Source: Candidatus Nanohalarchaeota archaeon
GTDB taxonomy: Archaea > EX4484-52 > B79-G9
Length of the DNA stretch: 29,243 nucleotides
NCBI GenBank assembly: GCA_030594795.1
Contig: JAUVEK010000001.1
Span: 1-29,243, forward strand
Reading direction: 5' to 3'
This document shows positions 14,414-23,415 of the stretch, one piece after another. Every line of letters starts with the position of its first letter. Within the stretch, counting starts at the first letter, position 1. The translations under genes were made by a program, and so were the position numbers. The notes under the pieces are model-generated. The model saw nothing but the letters and a program-made list of their open reading frames with translations, ran no database searches and was not told the origin of the DNA.

Positions 14414-16465
14414 TCACTTTTCAACTACAGTAACCTTCCTTTTGATTGAGTAGGGCTCAAACTCAACCCCGCCTCCCTCGTAGAACTTCGAAAAAAACTC
14501 AACATACTGCAAACGCAGAGAATGAATCCCTGCGCCAAGAGTCCCCACCAAAAGATTAAACACATGCCCGAAAACAAAAATAAACGCCCCTGCAATAATC
14601 CCCACATACGGGATATCCAATGAAAACACTGTAAACATATTAACAATATTAGCAATCCCCTCGGTAGCAAGGCACAGCGCAAGCAGCCTGATGAAAGAAA
14701 GGTCATCACCCACAAACCCGGTGACATCAAAAAACCCGAAAAGCGTCTGCACACCACCGCTTTTTGCAAGCATAAAAAGAGCAAGGGCAAGAACTGTCCC
14801 CATACCCGCCGCAAAGTAAGGCACACCAGAAAACCAGCCGAGCTTCCACCAGAAAAGCAACCCGAACAGCCCGACCTGGAACACCATCATCCCGATGTGG
14901 CCGACAATCTGGTTCTCAAGACCAGAGACAACCTTCCTCTTTTTGTGCTTCACACTCTTCATCTTATTGACGCAGTCAGCAATCCCAAGCAGATATCCGA
15001 TATTAATGTAAACAATACCAACCACAAGCGAAAAAACAAGCACAGCAATAATCGGATTCTCTACATTAGCTCCAAACACAGTAATGTGCGCATCACCCAG
15101 CGGGTCAATAAGATAAAAAATATCAGGGATTACCCTGCGAAGAGCATCACCGAAATACCCGCCGCTTACAACACCAAAAAACATAGAAGACACACCAAGC
15201 ATCACAAGCATAATCCCTGCATTACTCGCACTCACATGCACCTTCCTGTATGCAGTATAAAACAGAAACCCCAAAAGCGCAAGAAGCAGTCCATATCCAA
15301 CATCATTAAGCATAATCCCGAAAAAAAACAGCATTGCAGGCGCAATAAAGACCGTAGGGTCAAAATCATTATACTTAGGCACAGAATACATATTCACAAG
15401 CCCCTCGAATCCCTTCAGAACGCGCGGATTATCAAGAAGCACAGGCACCTTATGCGGCAGCTCCTCACTGAGAGGCTCAACAGAATATATTATCACCCTC
15501 CCGCCTGTAACATCCTTCAATTCCCGGATAACTTCTTTCTCTTTGCTGGCGCTCACAAAAAACTCAAGCACAAAAGAACTCTCAGTGCCCGCGCACTTGG
15601 AAAGAAGCGAATACCTGTCAAGAATAATACAAACTTCCTCCCTCAGCGCAGCAACATCCTGCAAATGCTTCTTTTTCATTGCACAGATTTCCTCATGATA
15701 AGACTTCTTTTCATCCTGAAGCTTTTCAATTACTCTCTCAATCCTCAACATTTCTTCCTTTGGCTTCTTCTGAGCAACGGGAATCTCAACTCTCTCTATA
15801 TCAGCCCCGCTCAAACATCCGGACACACCATCCTCAAGCTCCTTCGGGTATGTCAGAAGCACAAGCGACTCATTATTAATATCAGATTTCTCAATAACAA
15901 TTCTCTTGACAGACTCAAGTTTTGGCTTAATCTCATCAAACCTGCCACTGCCTATTTTAAACAGCATATTGCAAAAATAGAGTGAATTGCCAAGCTCATC
16001 AAGTCTTGAGTCAATGCCTGAAATCATCTCAAGAACGTTTTTTCTTTCAGTGAGTTCTTTTTCAGACTCCCTGCATTTTGCCAACTCATCCCTGATTTCA
16101 GGCACTCTTTGGCCAATATCATCAAGCAGCCCTTTGATCCTCCGAGCAATTTCATCAGGAGAAGAATCCTTCACTTTAATTTTAGCACTGGGTTTAGGAA
16201 AAAAAGAATGCTTCACTTTCGCTCCATCAACCATGGAAAAAACATTGTTTATCTCATCAAGCTGTCTGGAATATTCCGCGAACAGGGACTCATTCTCAAA
16301 ACCGACTTTCTGGGTTACAAGATGCTTCCACTCAGCATCCGTTATTCTCCCGGATACATCATTTACATGCACTGCACCAAGTTTATGCAGCTTAAGGCAG
16401 ACATCATTTTTGCACCTAAGAGGCGCTATAACCTTCACTTTCTTCATCTTAACTGGTTTAAGCAT
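14414..16465 (-). CDS. atpI: A/V-type ATPase subunit I (a)
   Basis: MLKPVKMKK start, YSVPKYNDFDPT, FFGIMLNDVGYG, stator Arg motif SFIRLLAL, and HSLRLQYVEFFSKFYEGGG. Start set to ATG 16465 (the ORF track gives 16486). Confidence 0.93.
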   Translation of the reverse strand: MLKPVKMKKVKVIAPLRCKNDVCLKLHKLGAVHVNDVSGRITDAEWKHLVTQKVGFENESLFAEYSRQLDEINNVFSMVDGAKVKHSFFPKPSAKIKVKDSSPDEIARRIKGLLDDIGQRVPEIRDELAKCRESEKELTERKNVLEMISGIDSRLDELGNSLYFCNMLFKIGSGRFDEIKPKLESVKRIVIEKSDINNESLVLLTYPKELEDGVSGCLSGADIERVEIPVAQKKPKEEMLRIERVIEKLQDEKKSYHEEICAMKKKHLQDVAALREEVCIILDRYSLLSKCAGTESSFVLEFFVSASKEKEVIRELKDVTGGRVIIYSVEPLSEELPHKVPVLLDNPRVLKGFEGLVNMYSVPKYNDFDPTVFIAPAMLFFFGIMLNDVGYGLLLALLGFLFYTAYRKVHVSASNAGIMLVMLGVSSMFFGVVSGGYFGDALRRVIPDIFYLIDPLGDAHITVFGANVENPIIAVLVFSLVVGIVYINIGYLLGIADCVNKMKSVKHKKRKVVSGLENQIVGHIGMMVFQVGLFGLLFWWKLGWFSGVPYFAAGMGTVLALALFMLAKSGGVQTLFGFFDVTGFVGDDLSFIRLLALCLATEGIANIVNMFTVFSLDIPYVGIIAGAFIFVFGHVFNLLVGTLGAGIHSLRLQYVEFFSKFYEGGGVEFEPYSIKRKVTVVEK

Positions 16466-16784
16466 CGCTACTACCACAAATCTCATTTAATATATAGCTG
16501 GCAGCCTTCTTTTTCCTGGGCGCACATGGTTTTTTCATGCTTTCAATTTCTTTGCTGCATTTAAGAAGTCTCCTCGATTTTTCATCAAGCGCCGTCTTCC
16601 TGGCATGGTCAACAATCTTCTCACTCCGGTTTTTCGCCCACTGCGTCTCAGTCTCAGCCCTGTTTGTGCATGATTTTTCAGCAAGCACAAGTTTCTTGGC
16701 TGACTCTTTCTCACATACACCGGCAATCTTTTGCGCCTTAATTTCTGCATGCCTTATCCTCTGGATAGCCTTGGCTTCAATCAT
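16458..16784 (-). CDS. atpH: A/V-type ATPase subunit H (G-like peripheral stalk)
   Basis: 108-aa helical protein with I..I..AE..A..I start and KKAASYIL..I end, directly upstream of and overlapping atpI. Confidence 0.7.
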   Translation of the reverse strand: MIEAKAIQRIRHAEIKAQKIAGVCEKESAKKLVLAEKSCTNRAETETQWAKNRSEKIVDHARKTALDEKSRRLLKCSKEIESMKKPCAPRKKKAASYILNEICGSSDA

Positions 16785-16808
16785 AAAAAGACTATAGATT
16801 TCCTTGAA

Positions 16809-16814
16809 TTTAAA
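16809..16814 (-). promoter_or_regulatory. TATA box of the second ATPase cluster
   Basis: TTTAAA 25 nt upstream of ATG 16784, with no SD (leaderless geometry). Confidence 0.4.
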
Positions 16815-16840
16815 GATTTACAGAAAGAACACTAAACCAG

Positions 16841-17266
16841 CTAAAATCTTGACGGCTGGTCGGAGTAATAATATTTTTCCTTAATAAGATTAAAATTGAC
16901 ATTGTTCAAAACACTTCTTGCACTCACAACCCCGACAATAACCCCATTTTCAGCCACAGGAAGCCGCCGGATCTTTTTTTCACTAAAAATCATCTTCGCA
17001 TCAGAAATACTCGAATCAGCATCAATTGTAACCACAGGCGACGTCATGTATTCCCTGACTTCTGTTGTTTTTGGGTCAACGCCAGAGGCAACAACCTTGA
17101 AAATGACATCCCTTTCACTAAAAATTCCAAGTGGCTCATCCGCGGTCCCGACAATAACAGACCCTACGACTTTCTCGCGCATTATCTTGCAGACATCCTC
17201 TATAGTATGCTCAGGACTGACAAAAGTCGGGCTGTGCGCAATATTCTTGATTTTATCAGACAACAT
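16841..17266 (-). CDS. Stand-alone CBS-pair protein
   Basis: VGSVIV....PLGIFSERD, VREYMTSPVVTI and IRRLPV.ENG..VGVVS form two CBS motifs. Confidence 0.9.
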   Translation of the reverse strand: MLSDKIKNIAHSPTFVSPEHTIEDVCKIMREKVVGSVIVGTADEPLGIFSERDVIFKVVASGVDPKTTEVREYMTSPVVTIDADSSISDAKMIFSEKKIRRLPVAENGVIVGVVSARSVLNNVNFNLIKEKYYYSDQPSRF

Positions 17267-17329
17267 AGTTATCTTTGGGCTGCAAAAGAATAAATAATAA
17301 TCTGTTTTTGGTTTACAGTCTTCTGCCCC

Positions 17330-18574
17330 TCACTCATATCTCAAAGCATCAACAGGCTTCAGTTTAGACCCATTATACGCAGGAACAACCCCTGAAACCA
17401 CCCCAATGATAACGGCAACAGAAAGCGCCATAACTACAGACTCCATACTGACTACTGTTGCCGCCCCCCCTCTTGTCATCGGCATACTGCCGCCCATAAG
17501 CATAGGCATAAACCCCGACAGCACAGCACCGAATACAACACCAATCAGCCCGCCTACAAGCCCGATAAGGCCTGCATTCAGAAGAAAAATCATAAGAATA
17601 TCCTTGTTTCTTGCACCAATGGCTTTCATGATCCCTATCTCTTTTGTCTTCTCAAGAACAGATGTGAACATAGTATTTGCAATCCCGACAGCACCCACAA
17701 GAAGAGAGACAGCAGCAATTGCAGTCAGAAAAAGAGTCATTGAACCGAGCATTTCAGATCTCATCTCCTGGAACTGTCTGCTTGACGAAACTGTAAAATC
17801 CCTGTTTTTATCAGCCACATGCCTTGTCATCATCAGCTTATGCTCAATTTTTTCAATAACATAATCAAGTTCATCTTCATTTTTGATTTTGATAACAATA
17901 GAATCATATACTCCATTTTCCTTGTCATCAAGAACCGTGTATGCCATCTGCAATGGCATGATGATGCTATTGCTTGAATCATCAAGCACACCGACAATCC
18001 TGAATGCCTTATCCTCAATATTGACCATCTTGTTTATTCCAAGGGGCTTGTCAAAGTAACTGTCTGCCAATCTCCCTCCGATGACAATGACATTCATATC
18101 AGCAGGGCCAAGCATCCTTCCGTCCCTTATCTCAGTTGTAGTTATCTTAGACCACACTTTCTGATCCACCCCTGTAAGGGTAACAGAGCCGCTCTTTCCA
18201 AGATAATAAATCTTCACAGTTCCTCTGATATTTGTATCAATTAGTTCAATATCCGGGATGCTCTTCAGTGCCTGCACATCGGCCCTGTCCAACACAACCT
18301 CTTCCTCTGTAGCTGTGCTGCTTGAACTGCCGGAGCCTCCCGGTCTTCTATGGCCAAATGTAATACCTCTGGAAAAACCAGCAGTAATCGTAAGTATATC
18401 CCCGCCAAGACCACTCATTTGAGCCTCCATGCTCTGCTGAAGGCCCGCCCCAAGTGACATGATGGCAATTACTGAGCCCACACCTATGACTATGCCAAGA
18501 ATAGTAAGCCAGCTTCTAAGCTTGCTGTGTATTACCATATTAAGTGCATGTTTCAGGCATTTACTTGTTTTCAT
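17330..18574 (-). CDS. ABC transporter permease, MacB/FtsX family
   Basis: RSWLTILGIVIGVGSVI, a large extracellular domain, GIANTMFTSVLEKTKEIGIMKAIGA, and PAY..SKLKPVDALRYE. Confidence 0.92.
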   Translation of the reverse strand: MKTSKCLKHALNMVIHSKLRSWLTILGIVIGVGSVIAIMSLGAGLQQSMEAQMSGLGGDILTITAGFSRGITFGHRRPGGSGSSSSTATEEEVVLDRADVQALKSIPDIELIDTNIRGTVKIYYLGKSGSVTLTGVDQKVWSKITTTEIRDGRMLGPADMNVIVIGGRLADSYFDKPLGINKMVNIEDKAFRIVGVLDDSSNSIIMPLQMAYTVLDDKENGVYDSIVIKIKNEDELDYVIEKIEHKLMMTRHVADKNRDFTVSSSRQFQEMRSEMLGSMTLFLTAIAAVSLLVGAVGIANTMFTSVLEKTKEIGIMKAIGARNKDILMIFLLNAGLIGLVGGLIGVVFGAVLSGFMPMLMGGSMPMTRGGAATVVSMESVVMALSVAVIIGVVSGVVPAYNGSKLKPVDALRYE

Positions 18575-18654
18575 TTTTTATCATCTATAAAGTATATGTT
18601 ACGATAAAAAAGCTTGAAAATCGTCCCCTCAAACCCAAATTTTCATGATTTTTT
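18568..18654 (-). repeat. Inverted-orientation copy of the 4.4-4.7 kb palindromic element
   Basis: On the minus strand, AAAAAATCATGAAA (18641-18654) is identical to 4593-4606 and TTTCAAGCTTTTTTAT (18604-18619) is identical to 4626-4641. The arms are in the same order, with TGAAA-TTTCA gaps of 21 vs 19 nt. Confidence 0.7.
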
Positions 18655-18660
18655 AACCTG

Positions 18661-20064
18661 CTATTTTAATTTCTTTTTTCTGTGTCTCCTGTATAGCACA
18701 ATCACAATAATTAATCCAAGCCCTAATGCAATCCATTGAGTGGTTGTAATCGCCTTTTGTGTTGGATTCGCCTTTCCTGTTCGTGACAAGCGAGCAGAAT
18801 TTGCATCTGTTTCACTGTTGGCATTAATACTGACAACATTACTTACTGTTTTTCGATTACCCATTGTATCTGTGTACGCAATTTCAATTTCGATTGTCTT
18901 GATCTGTCTGTCCGGTATTGTCCTGTTGCCGGATAGATATTTTGCTTTTCTTTCATCTGTGATTTTACTGTCCTGTTCAAGAGAAGACATAACCCTGCTT
19001 TGCTGCAGATTGAAGCTTGCAACAGTATAATCTCCCTTATTCAGGTTTCCGATAATAGCTGAATTCGAGCCGCTGACTTTCCAGTTTTTCTGTTCAGGAA
19101 CAATTACTGAAACAGAATAAGCAGGATTACTGCCGATGTTTGCAATACTGAAAGAGTACTCGCCCATCGAACTCTCTGAAAAAGCAACATCAAAATCTGT
19201 TTCTCCCCCGACATACATACCTGCGATTGTTGCTATCTCTCTTTCTACTCCAGTTGTAGAATCATCATATTTCAGGCTGAGCTGGAGCTTATACAAGCCG
19301 GGTTCGGCATTTGAATCTGCAATGACATCATAACTCAGTTCGGTTTTTTCACCAACATCGAGATACTTGATATATTTGGTATTATCCGAGCCAACCGGAA
19401 GGATTACATCATCTTCATTTTCCCATGAAAACGTAAGATCCCTGAGAGGTGCAGAGCCGACATTGTTAATTGTAAACTTCATAGTTGTCTGCCTACCCGG
19501 GACAAGTTCAACCTTGTCAATATAGATAATTTCTGCACATTCCCTGTTTGCCACATCTATAGTTATTGTTTTCTCCACTCTTATCTTGTCTCTTTTACCT
19601 TCTTCATATTCCCAGATTTCCAGTCCATATTCTCCCTCGTATGCATCCCTGTCAACTCTGAGCCTGAATTTAACTATTTTCATATCAGAACCATCCTGAT
19701 ATGGTTTAATTGTACCGACTTCCTGTATCGGGCTCTCTCCGGGAACCATCTCAAAAGGATATTGTGGTACCAGCTCCAATATCACATTTTCAGCAGATTT
19801 TCCACCCTTATTTTCAACGCCAATCCTTAATTCCACGATATTGCCTGCAATTGCCGGATCAGCATCCTGGTTTATCAAACTCACACTTATGATTTGACTG
19901 TCAGCGGAATCAGCAAATACCGCACCTGCCAGGCTAATTACCATTATCAGCATCACACTGAAAATGTATCCTGTTTTAGTAAATAAAGCATGTTTCCTGT
20001 CCTGGGTTTTATTTACAGCACAAATGTTTTTTTTCTCATTCAAATCAACACAATTTCCTGTCAT
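18661..20064 (-). CDS. COG1361-type S-layer-domain protein, membrane anchored
   Basis: Signal/TM, repeated CARDB-like Ig domains (LVPG....KFTINNVG; FSIANIGSNPAYSV), C-terminal TM and RRHRKKK tail. SD GAGGTG. Confidence 0.8.
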   Translation of the reverse strand: MTGNCVDLNEKKNICAVNKTQDRKHALFTKTGYIFSVMLIMVISLAGAVFADSADSQIISVSLINQDADPAIAGNIVELRIGVENKGGKSAENVILELVPQYPFEMVPGESPIQEVGTIKPYQDGSDMKIVKFRLRVDRDAYEGEYGLEIWEYEEGKRDKIRVEKTITIDVANRECAEIIYIDKVELVPGRQTTMKFTINNVGSAPLRDLTFSWENEDDVILPVGSDNTKYIKYLDVGEKTELSYDVIADSNAEPGLYKLQLSLKYDDSTTGVEREIATIAGMYVGGETDFDVAFSESSMGEYSFSIANIGSNPAYSVSVIVPEQKNWKVSGSNSAIIGNLNKGDYTVASFNLQQSRVMSSLEQDSKITDERKAKYLSGNRTIPDRQIKTIEIEIAYTDTMGNRKTVSNVVSINANSETDANSARLSRTGKANPTQKAITTTQWIALGLGLIIVIVLYRRHRKKKLK

Positions 20065-20084
20065 TTCAACACCTCTTTTAATAG

Positions 20085-20822
20085 TTAATGCAATACTTTT
20101 TTATGATTCTGCTCCATCCGGATGATCTTTCCATCCTTAAGCTCAATTATATTGTGGGCATATTCTGCCAGATGCAGATCATGCGTCACCATAATCACTG
20201 TTTTTCCTTCTTCTTTCCATATCCTTTCAAGCATATTGAGAACATCTTTGCCTGTAACGCTGTCTAGCGCCCCCGTCGGTTCATCAGCAAGAATAATCTC
20301 GGGGTCACCTACAAGGCATCTTGCAATCGCCACTCTCTGTTGCTGTCCACCTGAAAGCTGCGACGGCAGATGATGCATTTTATCTTCCAGTCCCACAAGC
20401 CTCAATACTTTTTTTGCCTGCTTTCCTGCGGCGCCATCATCCACTTCCTGCAATTCCAGAGGCAGAACCACATTTTCAAAGGCAGTCATGTTCTGCAGTA
20501 GATTATACTGCTGGAAAATAAATCCGATGGTCTTGCCCCTGAGCGTCGCCAGGTCAGATTCACACAAATCAGCAATATTGCGCGATTTCAGGAAAACCCT
20601 GCCTTTTGAAGGTGTATCCAGGCACCCCACAAGATTCATCATCGTGCTTTTACCGGATCCAGATGCCCCGACAATCGCTACAAAGTCCCCTTTGTTGATT
20701 TCAACACTGACACCCCTGAGTGCAGGCACATCTACCTCACCCATCTGGTATATTTTCCAGACATCCTTGAGAACAACAAGTGCATCATCTTTTTTTCTTG
20801 CGCCATCTTTTGGTTTTGTCAC
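20085..20822 (-). CDS. ABC transporter ATP-binding protein, LolD/SalX-like
   Basis: Walker A GASGSGKST, Q-loop FQQYNL, signature LSGGQQQR, Walker B ILADEPTG and H-loop VTHD. Confidence 0.95.
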   Translation of the reverse strand: MTKPKDGARKKDDALVVLKDVWKIYQMGEVDVPALRGVSVEINKGDFVAIVGASGSGKSTMMNLVGCLDTPSKGRVFLKSRNIADLCESDLATLRGKTIGFIFQQYNLLQNMTAFENVVLPLELQEVDDGAAGKQAKKVLRLVGLEDKMHHLPSQLSGGQQQRVAIARCLVGDPEIILADEPTGALDSVTGKDVLNMLERIWKEEGKTVIMVTHDLHLAEYAHNIIELKDGKIIRMEQNHKKVLH

Positions 20823-20863
20823 TGCAAATCCCTATTCCATACATTGATACATTTCTTGGGCAT

Positions 20864-21382
20864 CTATTTATTTCTAATCCGACCGCGCATCCCGTGCATG
20901 CAATGCCCTTTGTCAAATCCAAGTTCTTCTCTAAGCTCTTTTAGAGTTTCATAATCCCTGTTTTGCTTGGCTTCATGAAGCTTTACAAAAGTGCCGAAGT
21001 TATCTTCTGTTATTTTGTCAGCAATTCGCCCAGTTCTTTCAAAGCTGTCAATTGCGTTTTTCCAGGCAGTATAGTCTCCGGTTTCCAATGCCTGCTTTAC
21101 TGCTTCTCTTCGCTCATTCATCGACTCTCTTCTTTCAGACCTTACTTCATGTCTTTCTACAATTTCTCTGAATTTCTCCTCTGTCATTGTGCCAGACATT
21201 GCATCTTTCCATGCTTCATAATCATTGTTTTCAACTGCCTGTTTTATTGCCTCTCCCGCATCAGAAAATCCGCACCTACTGAACCTGCCACCAAAAGCAG
21301 ACACAATTCCTGCTGAAGCAACCAGGCCAATCATGAGGAGACCCGCCACTACTAACATTGTTGTTTTGTTCACTTTGCTCAC
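20864..21382 (-). CDS. Secreted alpha-helical protein with internal repeat
   Basis: Signal peptide. Repeated A.E..DY.AWK.A motif (AVENNDYEAWKDA / ALETGDYTAWKNA) and a His/Met/Gly-rich tail. SD GAGGTG suggests the true start is GTG 21373. Confidence 0.75.
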   Translation of the reverse strand: MSKVNKTTMLVVAGLLMIGLVASAGIVSAFGGRFSRCGFSDAGEAIKQAVENNDYEAWKDAMSGTMTEEKFREIVERHEVRSERRESMNERREAVKQALETGDYTAWKNAIDSFERTGRIADKITEDNFGTFVKLHEAKQNRDYETLKELREELGFDKGHCMHGMRGRIRNK

Positions 21383-21416
21383 CTCTAATATCTATTTTAC
21401 TCTCCCATCCAAAAGG

Positions 21417-21527
21417 TTTATATTTTTGCGGACAAAGAGTGATACACTATGATACGATACAGGATATAAACATTTCCTGACACAACCTGATACGATACCA
21501 CATGAAACGTATCAAAATACGTGATAC
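21417..21527. promoter_or_regulatory. Divergent promoter with TGATAC repeat array
   Basis: TATA elements at 21417-21423 (minus) and 21465-21470 (plus). TGATAC at 21440, TGATACGATAC at 21450 and 21488, and GTATCA-N7-TGATAC at 21509-21527. Confidence 0.6.
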
Positions 21528-22083
21528 AATGATAAAGAACAAAAAAAATCTCCAAAGTTATGTAATGATACTGTGCTTTATTTACGCAGGCATATCCGCA
21601 TTATTATTCATATACCAGCTATACTTCTGGGTAAGAAGAGGAATGGCGCCACTGCCAATCAATTTACCTATCAATGTTACAGCAGAAAATTTCATCAACG
21701 AAAGCATCCCAAGAAGATTCGCAGGACCTCGCGGAATACAAATGAATTCCTCAATTATTTTAGCAGTATCATTCATGGGCACACTTATCTCTTCACTTGC
21801 AGGAATCACAATAATGGACCTGATAAAGAAAAAAGAAACAGAAGAAATCAGGACAAAAACCATGGACATCATGCTAATGCCAGAAGAGAAACTAATCATT
21901 CAGTTATTAAATAAAAACAGCGGCGAACTATCCCAGTCAGAACTTGTAAAGCGCTCAAAACTATCAAAACTAAAAGTCAGCAGGGTAATAAAGAGACTGG
22001 AAATGCTGAAAGTTGTCAGCAAATATCCTTACGGTGTAACAAACAAAATTGTCTTGGAAAAGCATATGCAGGAGAGTAACTAA
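21502..22083 (+). CDS. Membrane-anchored regulator: two TM helices plus C-terminal MarR-like wHTH (COG2512-like)
   Basis: Two hydrophobic segments, then LMPEEKLIIQLL...GELSQSELVKRSKLSKLKVSRVIKRLE...V.K..YG.TNKI. Alternative start ATG 21529. Confidence 0.8.
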   Translation: MKRIKIRDTMIKNKKNLQSYVMILCFIYAGISALLFIYQLYFWVRRGMAPLPINLPINVTAENFINESIPRRFAGPRGIQMNSSIILAVSFMGTLISSLAGITIMDLIKKKETEEIRTKTMDIMLMPEEKLIIQLLNKNSGELSQSELVKRSKLSKLKVSRVIKRLEMLKVVSKYPYGVTNKIVLEKHMQESN

Positions 22084-22217
22084 ACCGTTTTTTCTCGAAC
22101 TTAACCCAATCAACCCTCTATCAGGCAGAATATTTCCAAAATTACTCTAAACCAACCGAAAAGCATATACGTATTAATCACCAGAAAATAGCAAACAACT
22201 ATTTTTCAAGTGATAAT

Positions 22218-22751
22218 ATGAGTAAAAAACTCAAGCTTTATAATGAAAAAAAACTCGCAGAAACTATATACTGTCTTGCGAAAGAAAAATGTCAACCATG
22301 TGTTGAGTTAGCAGTATTGCTCGAAGAACTAGAAATAGGCCCTTTGGCAACAATCAATGCTCTCAATACAGCAGAAAAAATGTTGGTAAATAAATTGGAT
22401 GTATCTATGGAATATAACGAGCAAGGTCATGTTAAACGTGCTATTGGTAGCTCAGATGATGATCGATATACCAAAGCATTTTCATATATCAATCAGGGGC
22501 GAGAGATGATAAACTCGGAAGAATTCTATTTTATCCATGAGGAATCTCTTCCGGATACTTTATGCACTCTCGCGATAAATTGTCCTGATTGCGTTGAAAG
22601 GATGGTAATGCTTGCGGGAAAATACCAATTGAACGTTGAATCTGCTCTCAAAAAAGCAGAAGAAAAATTAAGTTCGAACGTGAGTAGTTCAAATCTGAGT
22701 GCACTTTCAATCATTCGTAGTGAGCTAAAAAACGATCTAGTCTTTTACTGA
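22218..22751 (+). CDS. Hypothetical protein with two C-x5-C-x2-C-V-E motifs
   Basis: 177-aa ORF filling the gap to the atpD stop. No family recognised. Confidence 0.6.
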   Translation: MSKKLKLYNEKKLAETIYCLAKEKCQPCVELAVLLEELEIGPLATINALNTAEKMLVNKLDVSMEYNEQGHVKRAIGSSDDDRYTKAFSYINQGREMINSEEFYFIHEESLPDTLCTLAINCPDCVERMVMLAGKYQLNVESALKKAEEKLSSNVSSSNLSALSIIRSELKNDLVFY

Positions 22752-22798
22752 TCTTTTGAAACAACAGGACATATAAAACAGAAACTTCAAACCAAATC

Positions 22799-23413
22799 TC
22801 ACTTCTTCATCCTTTTTAGGCGGAAGACGTTTTCGCGCTCCATCTCCTCCAGGCGCAGCCGGATAAAAGCTGCCTGATCTTTCATGCGCGGGATGACGGA
22901 AAACTCTAGCGCGTTCACTCTCCTCTTTGTCTTTTCAATCTCATCAAGCAATTTCAGGATGGTGGTCTCTACTTCTGCTGCAAGCACAACCTTATCAACA
23001 ACATGCTCGTATGCATAAGCAGCCTCATCTATCCTTGAGCTCGACGCGATCAGCCCGTATCCTCTCTCATGCATGTGCTTGACAACACCAGTAGACGATA
23101 TCTTCGGCACGACAACACCCATCACATTCTTGCTCGTTACCTCAATCCCGGGGCACTCCTTCAAAGCCATTGCATAAGACTGGACACAAAGCGCCCCGTC
23201 AATAGACTCAGCAACATCTACGCACCGCTCAGCCTTGATATACTCAGAAGTAAGTTCAGAGCGGACACTCTTTGCTTTCTTCAAAGTATCAAAAAATTCA
23301 AGAATCAGGCCGTCTCTTTTCTTCTTCAGGAGATTATATCCTGCATCAGCTAACTTGATGCTCTTTTTAAGCTTCATCAACTCAGACCGCGTCGGCTTAA
23401 TATCCTGCGCCAT
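22799..23413 (-). CDS. atpD: A/V-type ATPase subunit D
   Basis: IKPTRSELMKLK, GYNLLKKKRDGL and EIEKTKRRVNALEF..IP. Start set to ATG 23413. Confidence 0.95.
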   Translation of the reverse strand: MAQDIKPTRSELMKLKKSIKLADAGYNLLKKKRDGLILEFFDTLKKAKSVRSELTSEYIKAERCVDVAESIDGALCVQSYAMALKECPGIEVTSKNVMGVVVPKISSTGVVKHMHERGYGLIASSSRIDEAAYAYEHVVDKVVLAAEVETTILKLLDEIEKTKRRVNALEFSVIPRMKDQAAFIRLRLEEMERENVFRLKRMKK

Positions 23414-23415
23414 AA

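Noticed and set aside
14897-15985. 362-aa plus-strand ORF
   Set aside because: Antisense shadow of atpI, with unnatural His/Lys/Asn/Ile-rich composition caused by the G/T-biased codons of the real gene. The same applies to the other antisense ORFs over ATPase and ABC genes.
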